Assembly: GCA_004764695.1 (NCBI GenBank)
Contig: SMSO01000032.1
Coordinates: 7,782,483 to 7,846,482 of the forward strand
Source of the DNA: Schizochytrium sp. TIO01
Lineage: Eukaryota; Protista; Bigyra: Labyrinthulomycetes
DNA: 64,000 nucleotides
Direction: 5' to 3'
In this document: in pieces, positions 48,901 through 62,929 of the stretch
Layout: each line of letters opens with the position of its first letter
Position numbering within the stretch: position 1 is the first letter of the stretch
The notes under the pieces: generated by a model
What the model saw: only the letters and a program-made list of their open reading frames with translations
The model's database searches: none
Told to the model about the DNA's origin: nothing
Translations under genes and position numbers: made by a program

Positions 48901-51900
48901 GCAAAGTATTAAAAAAAATAGAAACGAAATAGCAAAGGCTAGTCAGAGTCTGACGAATGTAAAGAGAAGACCTTCACCTCGGCACCAAACAGAACGTGGT
49001 GGAAAACGTCATATCTCGTTATAACTATAAATCCTCTTGAAGCAAATGAATGTCGCTATTTTGGGCTTATCAGTTTTATTTTGTTTTATTTTTTTGGTGG
49101 AAAAGAGAAGTGTAGAGTAGTTTTGTGTTGATCAACACATTAAAAAAATCATTCTAGTACGAACTTGAACTTGCATGGTTAACCTAACTATTTTCGGCGA
49201 AAGTTGAATGAAATAAGTCCCATTATGGCAGCTAGGAAGGCCAAACTGATAATACAAACGGAGTCTGCTTCTTTGTCTATTCTCGTTATATTTCGAGAGT
49301 TTGAAAATGAGATTGGTGATTGGCTTTGCGCTTGCACATCAATTAAGACGCTACTTACTTGGCCATCCATACTCCTATGAAATTGGCTCATTTGAGGACC
49401 TCGTTTCACAAACTTGTAAGTATGGACATGTCTTTGTCCACTTAAAGGGTGATGACTTCAAACAAAAGGATTGAACTGATAGACTCTAATGCACGAGGTT
49501 GACAAAATCCTCGTTTGGTTACAAACAAAGGTAAACAATCATTTTCTTCCAATGCTTGAGAAAAAGAAGGAACGCCAAGAGAAGAAAAGTTCTCGTCTTC
49601 ACTTTCCTCTCGTATGCGAGCTTGGCATGGTAGAGTTCACCTTGAGATTGCGCTAACAAACATTCCAAAGCTAACTCCTTAGATACTAAAATTTATAGGC
49701 TCTGAAAACGCATTCCTTTTGGTAACTAGAGTAAGCAGCTCTAACTAGTCTCAGAATTGCGCGAAGGATCTAATTCTATTGAGTACGAGACTACGGATAG
49801 GATGGAAACCTTCTTTCTGAAGAAATTTATTAGCTGTAAATCAACTGGGCACTTTCTAATTTCTTAAATGTGTTTGTTTTCATCCAGTAACTAAGCATGA
49901 TTTATTGATCAAGCAATATCATATTCGAGACGACCAAATGCACAAAATTAGCTACTCTCCATAACGATCAAACGTGAGTCTAATATGCCTGGGGTTCTAG
50001 CTATTATATACGAATGTCAAATTGCAGTTTTTGAACATGCTGATCAGTTCTATTATTCATCACGCATAGGGCAGGAGTTCAAATTTCAGTGTAAAAAAAA
50101 AAAAGAAGGCACACGCAAAGTTTTACTTAGTTCGTGCCCGTGTTAACCAAGACGAAGAGTGATGTAAGACTACGCAATCTCTGCAGTTGATGTTTCTTGT
50201 AGTCTACAATTTGTATAATACAACTATGAGGGTATCGTGTTGCTGAATCGATAAAATGTACTCCTTTGATTTGTTGCTCTTGGTTCTCATACGTGACTTA
50301 TGAAGCTTTTCTTTTCATAGTCGAGCCTTATAAAGACTTTCTAGCTCTCGCTTTGATTGCATAATCGAATTAGGTATCTTTGCTATTGACTCCATCTATA
50401 CTCACTGACCAATCGATAAATCAGCTCTAAGGCTTGGGCCGTCTGTTGGTAATTAGGATGGATGAATACGTGTACATTATTAATATCAGCGGACGATATC
50501 GGGTGGATGCGGGTGCGGTGTGTCCTTTATGATTTGGGTGCTCTGTGGTTACTACCAGAAGAAAACGAAAGGCTCTAAAATCGAAGTTGTTTGATGCCTT
50601 TCTCAGCTTGCTGCTTCATTGGATTAACTGGTCATCTTTCATCCCGGCGCGTAGCTTTGCAGAGGGGATATTTCACAGAATCTGACCAATTTGAATGGCT
50701 GTTTCAGTTTTACCAAGCCCTCGACTTACTTGTGGCTACAAATGTAGAGAATACGTTGTGGTTGCTTTTCAAGCTGGTTGAGCAAGGCATGCCAGATTCT
50801 ACTCAATCTTCGGAGCTCAAAATTTCTAGTTTTACTACTACTAGGCGAAATAGTAGATAGCTTTATAGGCTGGCAGCAACATCGGACACGGCCTATCAGT
50901 GCGTCGAGAAAAAGGCTCAGCGCATGCTCCCCGGCAACACAAATGAAAAGTAAGACTAAAAATACTTTCAAAAGGTTTTCTTTGACCCCGTTCAAAAATA
51001 AACTTATAACAAAGTAAATTAAAAAAAAGATAATATTCTATTTTCCGCAGAATAATGATATTTAATGTTATTTGTTTTCAGGTATAATGATTATAATCTA
51101 TTTATTGAAGCGGTAGGTAGTGTAGGTGGTAGATAACAAGGGGGGTGATACGGGTGTTTTCAATTTTTATTTATTTTTTAATTCATGAGAAGAGAATATA
51201 TATATTCATTTTTAATGACAATTTTTTATAGACGAATACAATGAGACTAAGCGTCTTATCCATAGCTAAATATGACTATTGTCAAAATTAATGTTTCTGT
51301 TTAAGCTAATTATTTTAATTAATCAGAAAGTTCTATGTTGATTTTCTCTTGCTGACATGAGACCAAGCTCTGTGAAGGTTATTTGCGAAGAAATTTCTCT
51401 CGCTCGATTGCAAAAACCTTTATATATAGCAGATTCATGAGTAAAACAGCATCGTTGTATGTGCCAGCCCACGGCGCTTGAACACGTAATGAAATAATCT
51501 TCGACGCAACAATCATAGTTGCAGATTGGAACTTATTATTTTGATGTCTTGGGATCATAATAGTCTCTTTATGTGGAACTTCAGGTCATGGGTTTCAATG
51601 TATCGCATTTCCAGGACTAGCTGTTGCGATTTCAAAATTAGTTAATTAAAGCGCCAAAATTAAACATATGAAGGGGTTTATTCTATTATTCATTCAGGTT
51701 GGCAAATCAGCAGCTAATAACCCCCCAGTCCTTTTACTTTTTACATGCAAGCGTGTTTCTTCAGGGCTTACGGGATTTGAAGGTTTCTTAAAATTATTCA
51801 CTAGGTTGGTTTTGCAGTTTTCCAAAGCAAACTACAATTCTATTCTATATTATTTTCATATACTACTAGGCTGATACACAATTCCGAATCACGAACAGGA

Positions 51901-54900
51901 GTACTAATTGATTTGAGAGCGATAGGAGGATTCAAAGAGCGATTGTCTACCCAGGCAAAGAGATTGAAAGAGCTACCTTTGACTAGTGAGAGTAGGGTTA
52001 TTCATTATATTCTACCATGGTATTCTTCTCTGAAAAAAACAAAAAACAAAAAACTTCCTGGATATGGCATGCAAGCATAATCGGATGAGCCAAAGTAAAG
52101 TTCAAACTTACACGGTCAAATCTTAAAGAAGGAAGCGTAAAAGGCTAGCAATCAGCCTAACAAGTTAGATCTCGCTTAATGTGTTCCTTGTTTCTGATTG
52201 GCAAAGATGAGGCAGATTTAGAACGCCTTTACTTCATTCGGTCTTTCGTGGTTTTGAGATAGCTAGAAACTCAATTAGCCTCAGAACTCTCACTCCTGCA
52301 TATAATGTTCTTCTCTCCTTCTGTCTTCTTACTCATTTAAGACCATCTTGCGCGCGTTTTATATCCACTGTAAATATATGTTAATTAACTACAGGAGGAA
52401 AGAATACAATAGGCCCAAAAAATACACTAGAAAACAAGGCACAAACTTAAATTTTGTGCTGCCTTGAAAAGAATGCCGTAGTGTTATAGTGACATTACTA
52501 CCGTAATAAGAGAATCCATCCATTCTGAGAGAGGGAGAAGGAAAATAGAACGCCCAAATTGAAGACAAGGAAATGATCCGCAAGCGTGAACAAAAGTGCC
52601 CAATCATCACTACGCGGAGTGATAATATAGTACTTTGAACTTGGCACCATTTGCGGATTTAATTGGTTCTGCGACACATATATCTAGAGGGAGGGACTGC
52701 ATAGGACGACACTAATTATTTAAAACTAAGGAGAAACTTAGAAATATTAAAAAAAAATTAAAAAAGAAAATATACAAAAACATGTTCAGAAAAGAAAGAA
52801 AGAAAGAAAGAAAGAACGATGATAAAATGTTTTTATTTTTAGAGGTTTAGTTTTTTAAATTAAAAGTATGGAGAGGCGCCTGTTGGCCCTCTTCTGATGT
52901 GGGCCGCGGAAATTGCCGCATGATGCGTCGCGTAGGCGTCACTCTTCTGGGCCAGTTAAAAGAGGAGTGCAGTGCATGCGTCGTAGTATGCGCTTCGTTG
53001 ATCGAACAGATGTAAATTCATGCAATGGTAGAGTATCTGTAGGAACTACCCAAACTGGGGTCCGAGTTTCTTCATTATGAGAGCATAATACGGGGATTGA
53101 AATCACTGGTGCCTGGGTTTTGCAGGCTTGTGTAGCACGTGAGATATTGACTACCTTTGTGGTTTGTTAGTTACCGTAGCATGTTTGGGGTCTTTGAGCC
53201 CCTCATGCCCCTCATATCAGAGTTCTATTGCCCTCCAACCATTGTTATTGTGCATCGGACCTTGAGATTTCCTCAGCGAGGAAACATCAGTTTTGCAGCT
53301 GGTATGCATAGAGCATGTGGAGCAGAGTATCCTCACGACTATTTAATCGCATCATACTTAATAGCCTCCATCTATCCTCAAAAACATCTCAAGGCATAAG
53401 AGTACACTACTACTCAGGAAAGCACTCCTGCTAGGATTGGTAACGGTTGTTGCGTCTAAGTTGCTTGTCGTTTCTCTTACTTTGTAGACCCCTCCTTGCA
53501 GTCTATTTTTCTGAGCAATGAGCACCATCAGAATACTGAAGGCGAATCTAAGGCGAGGGTTCGCAGCGAAGGTGCTACATTACGCGCATGCTCCTTTCTG
53601 ACGCAGGGAGTCGCCTGGGAAATATGCTACAATTGAAGGTGCAAAAGCTACTACCCAATAGTAATATGCTTTTAGTCCTAAGCTCCTTGTGTACTGTTAA
53701 AACCTTGAAAGAAAATATAAACGTAGCACATTGGATCGTTGCTGTAGTAAACGCGGTTCATACCAATACAACAATGATTCATGGTAAAATAGGAACAGGC
53801 AAGATCGACTGCTGTAGAAAGAAATCAAAAGTCGAAAGGTGACCTGCTTTTATGTAGTAGCATCTATTGTATGGCAGAGAGTGAAAGGATGGTTTTTTGA
53901 CAACTGATCATTAACAACGAATTTATCTTGCCTTACTTTTGAGGGTAGGTACCTCCCAACAATAATAGGTGCTCCCTTTTTCTCATTGTGAGGGGTACTT
54001 GTTGTAGCACAGAATCGTTACTCTACCCGCAATATTCATATGCTCTCACTTAGGCTAATCCTACAACCCTTTTTCTTGGCTAAAACTCAAGTCGAAGGCA
54101 ACATATTCTCATCTACTGTTTATGTACTTGCAGCTTACCACACCGCAATTTAGTAGAACGAAGCTTTACTTTAATAAGCTGCCAATACGATTTATTTCTG
54201 GTATTTAATGTCTCGAAAACTGAGGCCCTTGGCTCTATAGTGAGCTGGTAATAGGGATACGCAAGTATCAAAGAAGTAGTTAGCATATTTAGGAGTCAAC
54301 ATGACGCTCTCGACTTAGTTTGCTATGCGAAATCAAATACTTTAAAGCAGAGATAATATATTAAGCACCAGTGTACTTTAGTTACTTTTTGCTTCAAAGA
54401 GAGAGACTCCTGATAGCACAAATACAATCATAGTAGGGTGATTTATTAAAATGTGAAATAGTTCTAGTACTGTATCTGTCTCCTTGGCTTTAATTAATTA
54501 AAAATAATACAATCTAATATGACATACCATCGCTCTTCAGGGCAAGAAACCTACACAGTTGATGCAATGCACCCTGATGCAGCTTTCAAGTGGTAACAAA
54601 ACAGACTATCACTCATGAAGATGCTGTTCGTTAACGCCATATAATGACCTGACGAATCTTCTCTTTCCACATATTCCAAATTAAGGTAAGGGTGATAAAC
54701 ATATTCAACTTATGAAATAAAAGGTAGGATAGCGATGCTCAATAAACATGTGCCGAAAAACCACAATCACATGCAACATAGTAATAACACGATCTAATGA
54801 TTAATGTGTTTGTTCAAGAGATTGTACGAAAATAACTGAATACAGCGTGTTATTTTCAAGATTTATGCACAATCGCCAATTTCTTTAAAAACATACCATA

Positions 54901-57001
54901 CGAAAGCTCCGAATCTAGGCATAGGCTAATAGGCTTTGAGTTCCAACCTTACAGCGTGGGTAAAAATTCAAGCCAAATTAATTACTACCGGAACCTATGC
55001 ATGCTGCTACGATTAGAGCGTAAGTGCTACTTAGAATGTGAAATAAGAAGCAAGTGTTCAAGCAATTGCTTTAAACTTTATTAGGTGAAAGTTCGGGAAG
55101 CGATGGAATTATGGGTCTTCTCTTGAGGATGTCAAATCGTAAACGATCACGGCCTGGTGAAATAGGCTCTTTTCGGTTCCTGAGTACTGGGGAACCGGAC
55201 TTTGTAGCCAACGATAATATAAATCATACAACCGCAAATGGAAGTGAATAAAACTTGCTAGTTGAAATATTGACAGCTGCTAGGTAGATAGACAGTTTTC
55301 ACGTTTTTTTCATTCGCATGGAGCAGCTAGGCACCACCATTTTTCGATCACACTTTGATCAAACCTATCAGAACCGAACAACTAGCTTGAACAGACCCTA
55401 CGCTTGCTTGGCAAGACCAGAGAAGGAGGCGTTTACTATATCTCGTTGAGACTGTGAGGTGCAAGTTTATGGATTAGAAAGATTAAAAATACGTCTATAT
55501 CCCCCTTCATCTTTTCGGTTCTAAGTTGAACGTTCTCTTTTTCTTTTTTGGATCAAAAATTAGTGATGTTTGAAAGGAAGCAAAGATAGCATTTTCGTAG
55601 AATTCTCTTACATCTTTATGTTCTTTCTTGTTCCAAGAAAATGAGAACTGTTGGATTACTGAGAAAGAAAGGGAGGCTCCGGCACGTAAGAAATTATAAC
55701 GATTGAAGCCTTAGACTTATGAAGCTCGGAGTCCTAAATCCAGTCTGACATATTCTGGTTGCTTCCACCTATTAGTACTACCTGCATACATACAACATAC
55801 ATAAATACGCGGCTACTATGTACTTTCGTGGCCGTTTGCAAGCTTCGCTTTTCGTTTTCCTCGTCACGGTGTTCTTTTTGGGCACCCCGGGTAAGTGGGT
55901 GAATGCCTACCTTACCAACTGTGTTTGCGTTCTATCTCAAAGGAGGTTAATAAGAAGCCTCAGCGTAAAGCCCGTGCCATATTCATATAAAAGATACCTA
56001 CCTCGCGAGCTAGGTATTCTCAGATCTTTGGAAAATCTGGTTCACACGTTATGATGTCTTGCTCAAGTAGTAGATAGTAAGTAATCTACTTTCTCCAAAT
56101 GAGCTGCGCCTGTCATCCATCTCGCCCTGCCTTGGCACTCTCCCTTTTACCTCTATAGGTGCTCACCTATACCCAGCAACCTCGCTGTCATTTGTCATTG
56201 ATCTCATCTTCATTGTCATTGGATACAGCGACGTCAATGGTGATGACGCTTCGCGTTCTTTTCCTTCGTGTTTTGTTCTTTGCTCTTAATTCCCGCCGGG
56301 TGCGATTGTGTAATCAGCGTTTTTATCTGCGTTTGAAAATTTGGAATTCTTTTACCTATCCAGGTGCTTCGAGAGTGGGTGTGTCTGCGTTTCTGGTCTG
56401 AGGTTCACGTTGGATACTGGCCCAGAAATATCTTGAGGGGACTCGATACTATTCAGGACTGTTGATTTCCAGAGTACATCATCATCGCCACTGCTCAGGA
56501 GGTCATTTAACAGGCGTGAGAGTCAAATATCATGAATGCTACCCTGAGTCTCTCACATTTTAAAATTTTAGTTTTGATTTATTTAAAAAAATGAAATAAC
56601 AACAATTTCAACAGCCTGAGGTTGAATTTTTATTTTCATTTTTTAAAAGTTAAATCATTCAAGTTATAGAACATATTATTCTGATTTTAAAAAATAGAAT
56701 ACTAAGTTGGAGTAGCAAATAAATCCTAATGTAATACCCTAAATACAACGACCAACACGAATTAATCAAACCAACTACCGCCATGAAGACGCACCACCTA
56801 GGCCAGTTAATATAGTATTATGTTGACTCATTTAAATATCATCTATATTGCCATGATGCAACTGGTTCCGTTTGCAGTGGATGCCGACCATACTTAATCA
56901 AACGCAAACAGATCCTTGACATACACTTGAGCTTCTAATAGGTTTCCATCTCATGACAATTTGAATAGTCCGAGGTTGAACAATTGTTACCGAGTTTTAA
57001 A

Positions 57002-57047
57002 TAGCAGTAGTAGTAGCAGTAGGAGTAGTAGTGGTAGTAGTAGTAGT
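57002..57047. repeat. Mixed (TAG/CAG)n trinucleotide repeat
   Basis: tagcagtagtagtagcagtaggagtagtagtggtagtagtagtagt. Confidence 0.85.
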
Positions 57048-59802
57048 GCATCATGAACAAGGTACCTACCATAGTAGCAGTATACCAGCATACAAATGAG
57101 CGTCATGAAAGTTGATCTCTCTTCAACCATGCAAAGTCTTAGTTCTAATGAAGAAAAAGAAATTGAAGAAAGAACACCGCTTCCTGTCCTGAGACTATTT
57201 TGGCCCCAAAAAAGCGCGTTTGGGGTCCTACAACGAACCCTCTTTCATGCTTCCACTAAAACAGTGCCTGATGCTGATAGTAGTGAGTCAAGCCCTTCGA
57301 ATTCTTCGAGTTGCGCACACCGCACTTTTAATTACTCGTATTATTACTATGATATATATATAATTGAGTAAAAAAAATTAATTTATGGCCCAGGAAGTCC
57401 AAAAGATAAAAAGCAAAGAGTTCTCAATTTTCAACTGGCTAGAGAAGAGATACTTTAAGTTTGGAAAAATTCAACGCATAGCAACATATCATGACCCACC
57501 CAACGTCAAACAGAGTATGCATTTAACAATGATAATAACAATAACAATAATGAACAAGTAATATTCAAGCTAGTTCTTTTTCAAAAGACTTGTTCATTTA
57601 AAGATTTTTCATTCGTAACCTTCAAATGATGAGCAATAAAAAAAAAAAATAATAAAAAAAAAAACAGAGGGAGGAAAGAAAAAGGAGGGGGCCTTTATTG
57701 AGAAATTGAGGGAAAGGCGTTGTGCCAGGAACTCGGCTTCCCCTCTTTATTAAACTTGTAAGAAACCCTCTTTAGTTTTCTTCATTGTTGTCTCACTCTG
57801 TACAATAAAGAACACATGAGAGAACAGATCGCACGTTTTTTGTCGCACATTCCTAGAAAGGTCTCGATCTTCGATGGTGAGTTTGAAATTGGAGTCTTCA
57901 CAACCGGTAAAGCGAATAGTAATTCCATTGCGCCCAAGAGAAGCAGTGGTATACCTCGTAAATGAGAACCAGAGCAAGTGCTCTACTTGTTCCATGTTGG
58001 TATGAACGTCCAGAGGCTACTTGCTGACTTTAAAGTCATGTATCTATAGTTGCACTCCGAGTTTTGTTAAGTTTTTAGAAGATAAGGTAAAGAAATAAGA
58101 AAAGGAATCTTTGTGGTCGTATGTAATTGAACTACCTACCTACCCAGCCATACCGTGATCAGTTGAAAGGTTTGAAAGCCGCAAAAGCCAACTAAGCTCC
58201 AAGCAAATCCCTGGAAAGCCTCGGAAATATCAGCAAGTCGATATGTGACTCACCACCAGTAACGATGGCCGAATATGCAGCCAGTCATTCAGTCAGTCAG
58301 AGTGATGAAGAGCTCAGATCACTAGCCCCAAGTTCAACTCAAGATAATGAATTAATGAATGAATGCATTACTGGTACCTATCTACCTACTACCCATAGTC
58401 GGCCAGGTCTGCGTTGGGCACCATTCAGGCACCATTCAATCACGGTAGGTAGGCAGATTCCTTATATCCTAGAGGATTGAAGTCTGATGAGGGATTGTTA
58501 TGAATTGAGATTAAACTAAGGTTCTTTTGAAAAGAAGTTGTTTCTGACTACTAATGGTTGAAGCTCTTTCTGTCTTTGTAACATGATGAATGAAATGATG
58601 TGTGTATGTACATGGTTACCAGTCAAGTCAGTCATGTTGCTGCATTCAATCATGGAGTCCAAGGCACTCGCTCACTCACTTACTCTCGCTAACTCAGTGC
58701 TGTAGATGAAAATAGACTACAACTTCAATTTGTGTGGCACCATCATGGCAATGCTCCGTCCTGTCGTTCTATTTCCATCTTGAAAGCTTCAAGGCAAAGG
58801 AACCCATGCTCCTCAAAATCCTCGAAATCGGCATTAGAGGCACAATGCTAATGATTATCTGACTGTCTGTCTGTTTGTCATGGTCATGAAACTCTATCAA
58901 AGTTATGATGAATAGGTTACCTATTCAGTGCGTGGCTTGAACTTGAAGAAGGGGCATTAATCTTCTTCAAGTTGAGTCCTCTTCAAGTTGTCTTGGGATA
59001 AATGGGTCACGGCCCAAGTGGGTCTAATTCCATCGCTCACGTGCGTATTTACTGAGAGTCTAGGCATCTGTCTACTGGGGTACTAGCCTACGTCCTAGTT
59101 GGGTGTGTCTCTGAGTGTGTCTTTTAGTCTGTCTGTCTGTTCAAGAGAGTTCTTTAGAGAGAGAGAGAGAGAAAGAAAATGGCCGTGGCATACGAAGACA
59201 AACTTTCTTTCAATCTCTTGCTCCTAGCACTTGGGTATGTAGATTTATAGTCCTCTGGGTCAGTTAGTCGGTTTATCGTAGTTCTGCTGCTTCTCTCTCT
59301 GTTTATTTTTCTCTTGCCATGAGTGTTCTCCGAATACCCCTTTTACGTAGAGGCCTTCCCTTCAGTTGTTCTGCTTGCTTGATTTTTCTCCCTCGATTCG
59401 AGTACCTACCTACCTATTTCTTCTTCTTCTCTCGAATCATGTATGCCTCCTGGCAAGGCCTTTTCTGACTTTCTTGAACTTGACAAGCATGCTCATGGTA
59501 GCGCTACGCGAGGGAGAGAGATTGCCACTGCTAGAACTCAGTTTTGTTGCCTTGGTTTTTTGATCGCCTCATCATTTTCTCACACGTGGGAAATATTGAT
59601 CAGCCATTCACTTTTCTCGTTCCGCGCGTCCAATTTTCATTTTCATTTTCTTTTTCTTTTAGGCTTCAAGTTGATTATTCGTGAAAACAGTATTTTGACT
59701 TTTTCTTTCTTTCAAAAGCTAAAAAAAGAAACCTCAAAACACGCCTGCACTATCTACTTCTGGGCACTGACCTCCCATTTCCCACTGCTAGATTTGCTCA
59801 AA

Positions 59803-59856
59803 GAAACCAAAGGGTTTTTGGAAACCAAAGGATTTTTGGAAACCAAAGGATTTTCG
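59803..59856. repeat. 3 x 18-bp tandem repeat
   Basis: gaaaccaaagggtttttg gaaaccaaaggatttttg gaaaccaaaggattttcg; no spacers. Confidence 0.9.
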
Positions 59857-60655
59857 AAGTGGCAAAGAGGCTATCGTCATGAAAATTCCTCGCAGCTTTG
59901 GGTACGGACAAACAATTTCGACGTTGGACGTGCCTGATACGTGTCTCCTATATCCACTAGGCTTACCACGCCTCTAGAAGCTGAGTACGGACCTTCCTTC
60001 CTGCCGATCAAAACGTGGCCCAGCCCGCTCCTCCTTCCAAAGTTTTCGACGCCACCACCTCCCTATCGAGTTCTTTTCCAGCGTGTCTTATGGCCCGATC
60101 GTGGAGATTCGTGGTCTTTCGCTCCATAAGTCGAAGGAGGAACGCAATAGAATAGGTGACGTTTCGACAAACTTGTGTGATTGACTGACCGGCTGATCAT
60201 GATCAAAGATAGAGGCTGACTCGCTTGCTTGCTTTCTTGCTTGCTTTCTCGCTTGCCTTCAAGTTGCCTGGCCTTCTTCAGTTATTCAAGTTCAACTTCT
60301 CTCGCTGACTTGAACTTCAGGTTGCCGAAAGTCAACTCACTCACCGTGTATCTATGTATGTATGAATGTTCTAGTATGTTCGTTCGTTCTAGTTTTTGTC
60401 TGTTGGCCTGAGTCCGCTTTCTCTCTCAGTCTTGTTCTTGTTCCTTTCCTGTGCTGGTTTCTGCGGTGCTTATCAGTTCTTCAAGCTGGTTCAACGTGCA
60501 TACGTTCTAAGTTTCCTGTTCTCTCCTTTTCTCCGGCGGGATTCTCCAACTCGTGTGCAGATAGATAGATCAATAGCTAGTATAAACTGCTGAGAGAGAC
60601 TAGGTAGTTAGTTTATTGTTGATCTACTTCTTTATACTAAGTAGGTTTCTTTTTT

Positions 60656-60656
<1 letters not shown>

Positions 60657-60733
<77 letters not shown>
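60657..60733. repeat. (CTTT)n microsatellite
   Basis: Directly visible. Confidence 0.95.
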
Positions 60734-60735
<2 letters not shown>

Positions 60736-61736
60736 GTCCTTTCTTCAGCCTCTGTTTACTTTAATAAGAGTTCTTTCTTCAAGTTTCCGCCACCTGATAG
60801 TTCGACTGTATTGCTGTTGCGTTTTGCTTTTTCCCTCTCTCGCCGGACTCGTTCATTTCAGGGCTTTTCACAAAGTATTTCAAAATTCCCTCGTGTTCTC
60901 CTCACTCTTAGTTTATCCATTCAATCAATCCCTCCTCAGCCATTTCTTAGCCTCTGCATACTTCTTTCATCTCTCAGGCTTTCCTTCCTTCCTTCCTTCC
61001 TTCCTCCTTCTTCCCTTCTTTCCACCTGTCAATGACGGCTTTTGTTTATCCCAACCTCATTCTGCTGAGTCAGTAGAAGTTTCTTTCCCAAACTTTCAAA
61101 CAGACGAATTAACTCTTTCATCCTTGGGTATACCTCCCTCCCTGCTAACTAACTAACATTAAACGAAGGGCGTTGAATATGGCGCACCTTCAGCACTGAC
61201 TACTATACACTATAACTTTCGTATAGGAAACAATAAGAGTGACAGTATTGCGTCGACTTTTAGCAAAGAGGACTTTTGCTCCGATGCCGTGAAGAAGAGA
61301 ATTATAATGTTTTTTGTCAACTCTTTTAGTCAGGCTTTGTTTCCTTTTTGAAGTTCCATTCCAACATTATTTATATATATATATCACCATGAAAGCAGTG
61401 TTTATATTTTAAAAGCAAAAGTACAAGCTTCAAGTCATCCATTCGGTTTACCTCGCTAGGCACTGATATTCCCTCTTTTCTCTTTCTTTAGAAGTTCACG
61501 TTCTTTCTTCGTGCTTCGAAAGTATTCTCTCTTTCTTGAAACTCGGAGAAAACCGTGTTCTTTCCTCGCTCTGCCTCGAACGGCAACGGTGGTCGGTTGT
61601 AGGTTGGGCCATCTCCGCAAACCTAGGCCAAACAAGCTCTGCGCAAGCCTCTGCGCAAGCTCCACGCAGGCCAGCCTCAGAAACGGGAATCTTTGTTCCG
61701 GTCGCTTGCTTAGTCTTGCTTGCCTGCAAAACCTTG

Positions 61737-61811
61737 GCTGCTGCTGCTGCTGCTGCTGCTGCTGCCTTTGTTGTTGTGATCACGGTCGATGAATGAATTG
61801 TTGTGACCCTC

Positions 61812-61841
<30 letters not shown>
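61737..61841. repeat. (GCT)n and (CT)n microsatellites
   Basis: (GCT)9 at 61737-61765 and (CT)n at about 61815-61841. Confidence 0.9.
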
Positions 61842-61842
<1 letters not shown>

Positions 61843-62409
61843 CCGCTTCTCCCTTCCATTGTTTCTTTCCTTTTCGCTCCTTCACTCACTCATGCACCCT
61901 GTCCCCGTTCTTCGTCGATGATTCACGTTCCCTGGGTCCTGCTTTATTATGGTTCAAAGCTTCTCGCTTCGTATGCTTCGGCTTCCTTTTGTGACGGCTT
62001 TCCATGTTCTTTCTGCTGCTGTCTTCTCTTCGATTTATAAGAACTGAAAAAAGAAGGAAAGAAATTATTGATTCGAATACCTTCTCAGAGTCTCCACCAT
62101 TACTTTTTACCTTTTCTATTTTTATTTTGTTCTTCGAAAAGTTAATGGGGTGACTGTTACATCATATTTCAAACTTGACTTGATTTGATCATTCTTGTTT
62201 AATTGAAATATATACAATATGTATATGTTTAAAACTGAAAATATTTTCCTTGAAAGAAAGAAAAAGAAAAAGAAAAAGAAAGAAAACAAGAAAACAAGAA
62301 AACAAGAAAGAAAGGGAAAAACTTATAGTTTGCTCCCTTCTTAATACTACTAGATGGCACCATAGCTGGAGGCTAATTGTGGGTCTGTTCTCTTTCTTTC
62401 AAGAGCCAT

Positions 62410-62929
62410 ATTCTTTTTTCTTTTTCTCTTCTTTCTCCTTTCTTTTACCCTTCTTTTACCCTTCTTTCTCCTTTCTTTCTCCCATTTAAAGGAGGCGCGG
62501 TCACAGAACACGCAGACAGTACCGCAGCGGACAGCGGCAAGCCAGCCGACCACCCGCACGACGCGCGGTCAGCAAACCCCCAACGTGGCGTTACGCCCAT
62601 CGTGGCCATTATCAACACCGGAAGACATCTCTCTGTAGCAGTAGTAGCTGCAGCCTCCGTGCACAACCTCCTCAGCTGTGAAAGAGTTGTAGTCAACACT
62701 CACAGCAGCGGTGGTGCAGACTAATTTAGAGAAAGAGCGTGAAGAAGTGAAGAAAAAAGAGAAGAGACTAGAGAGCGAAATCCTCTGAGGAGCCATCGCT
62801 CATTGCAATTGTTCTCTCAACGTCTCAGTCACCTCTTCAAACAACTCGTTGAAGAACCTAACCAACGAACAGTTTCTTACCATCCATCAACATTCTTGTG
62901 CAGCACTCAAAAACAAACTATTTGTGAAA
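62410..62929 (+). promoter_or_regulatory. Probable 3' splice site of a 5'-UTR intron plus ATG-free 5'-UTR exon of the kinase gene
   Basis: About 70-nt pyrimidine tract ending ...cccatttaaAG|gaggcg (62490-62491), then an abrupt GC rise and about 440 nt with no ATG before ATG 62930. Confidence 0.4.

Noticed and set aside
51140-51726. gggggg...cccccc as possible TIRs
   Set aside because: Match limited to about 10 low-complexity bases.
53588-53842. 84-aa ORF with HWIVAVVN, reminiscent of the Ulp1 protease His motif
   Set aside because: No downstream Asp or Q..DCG motifs; too short to support.
59803-59856. 18-bp repeats as a possible CRISPR-like array
   Set aside because: Head-to-tail without spacers, only three copies, eukaryotic context, no cas genes.
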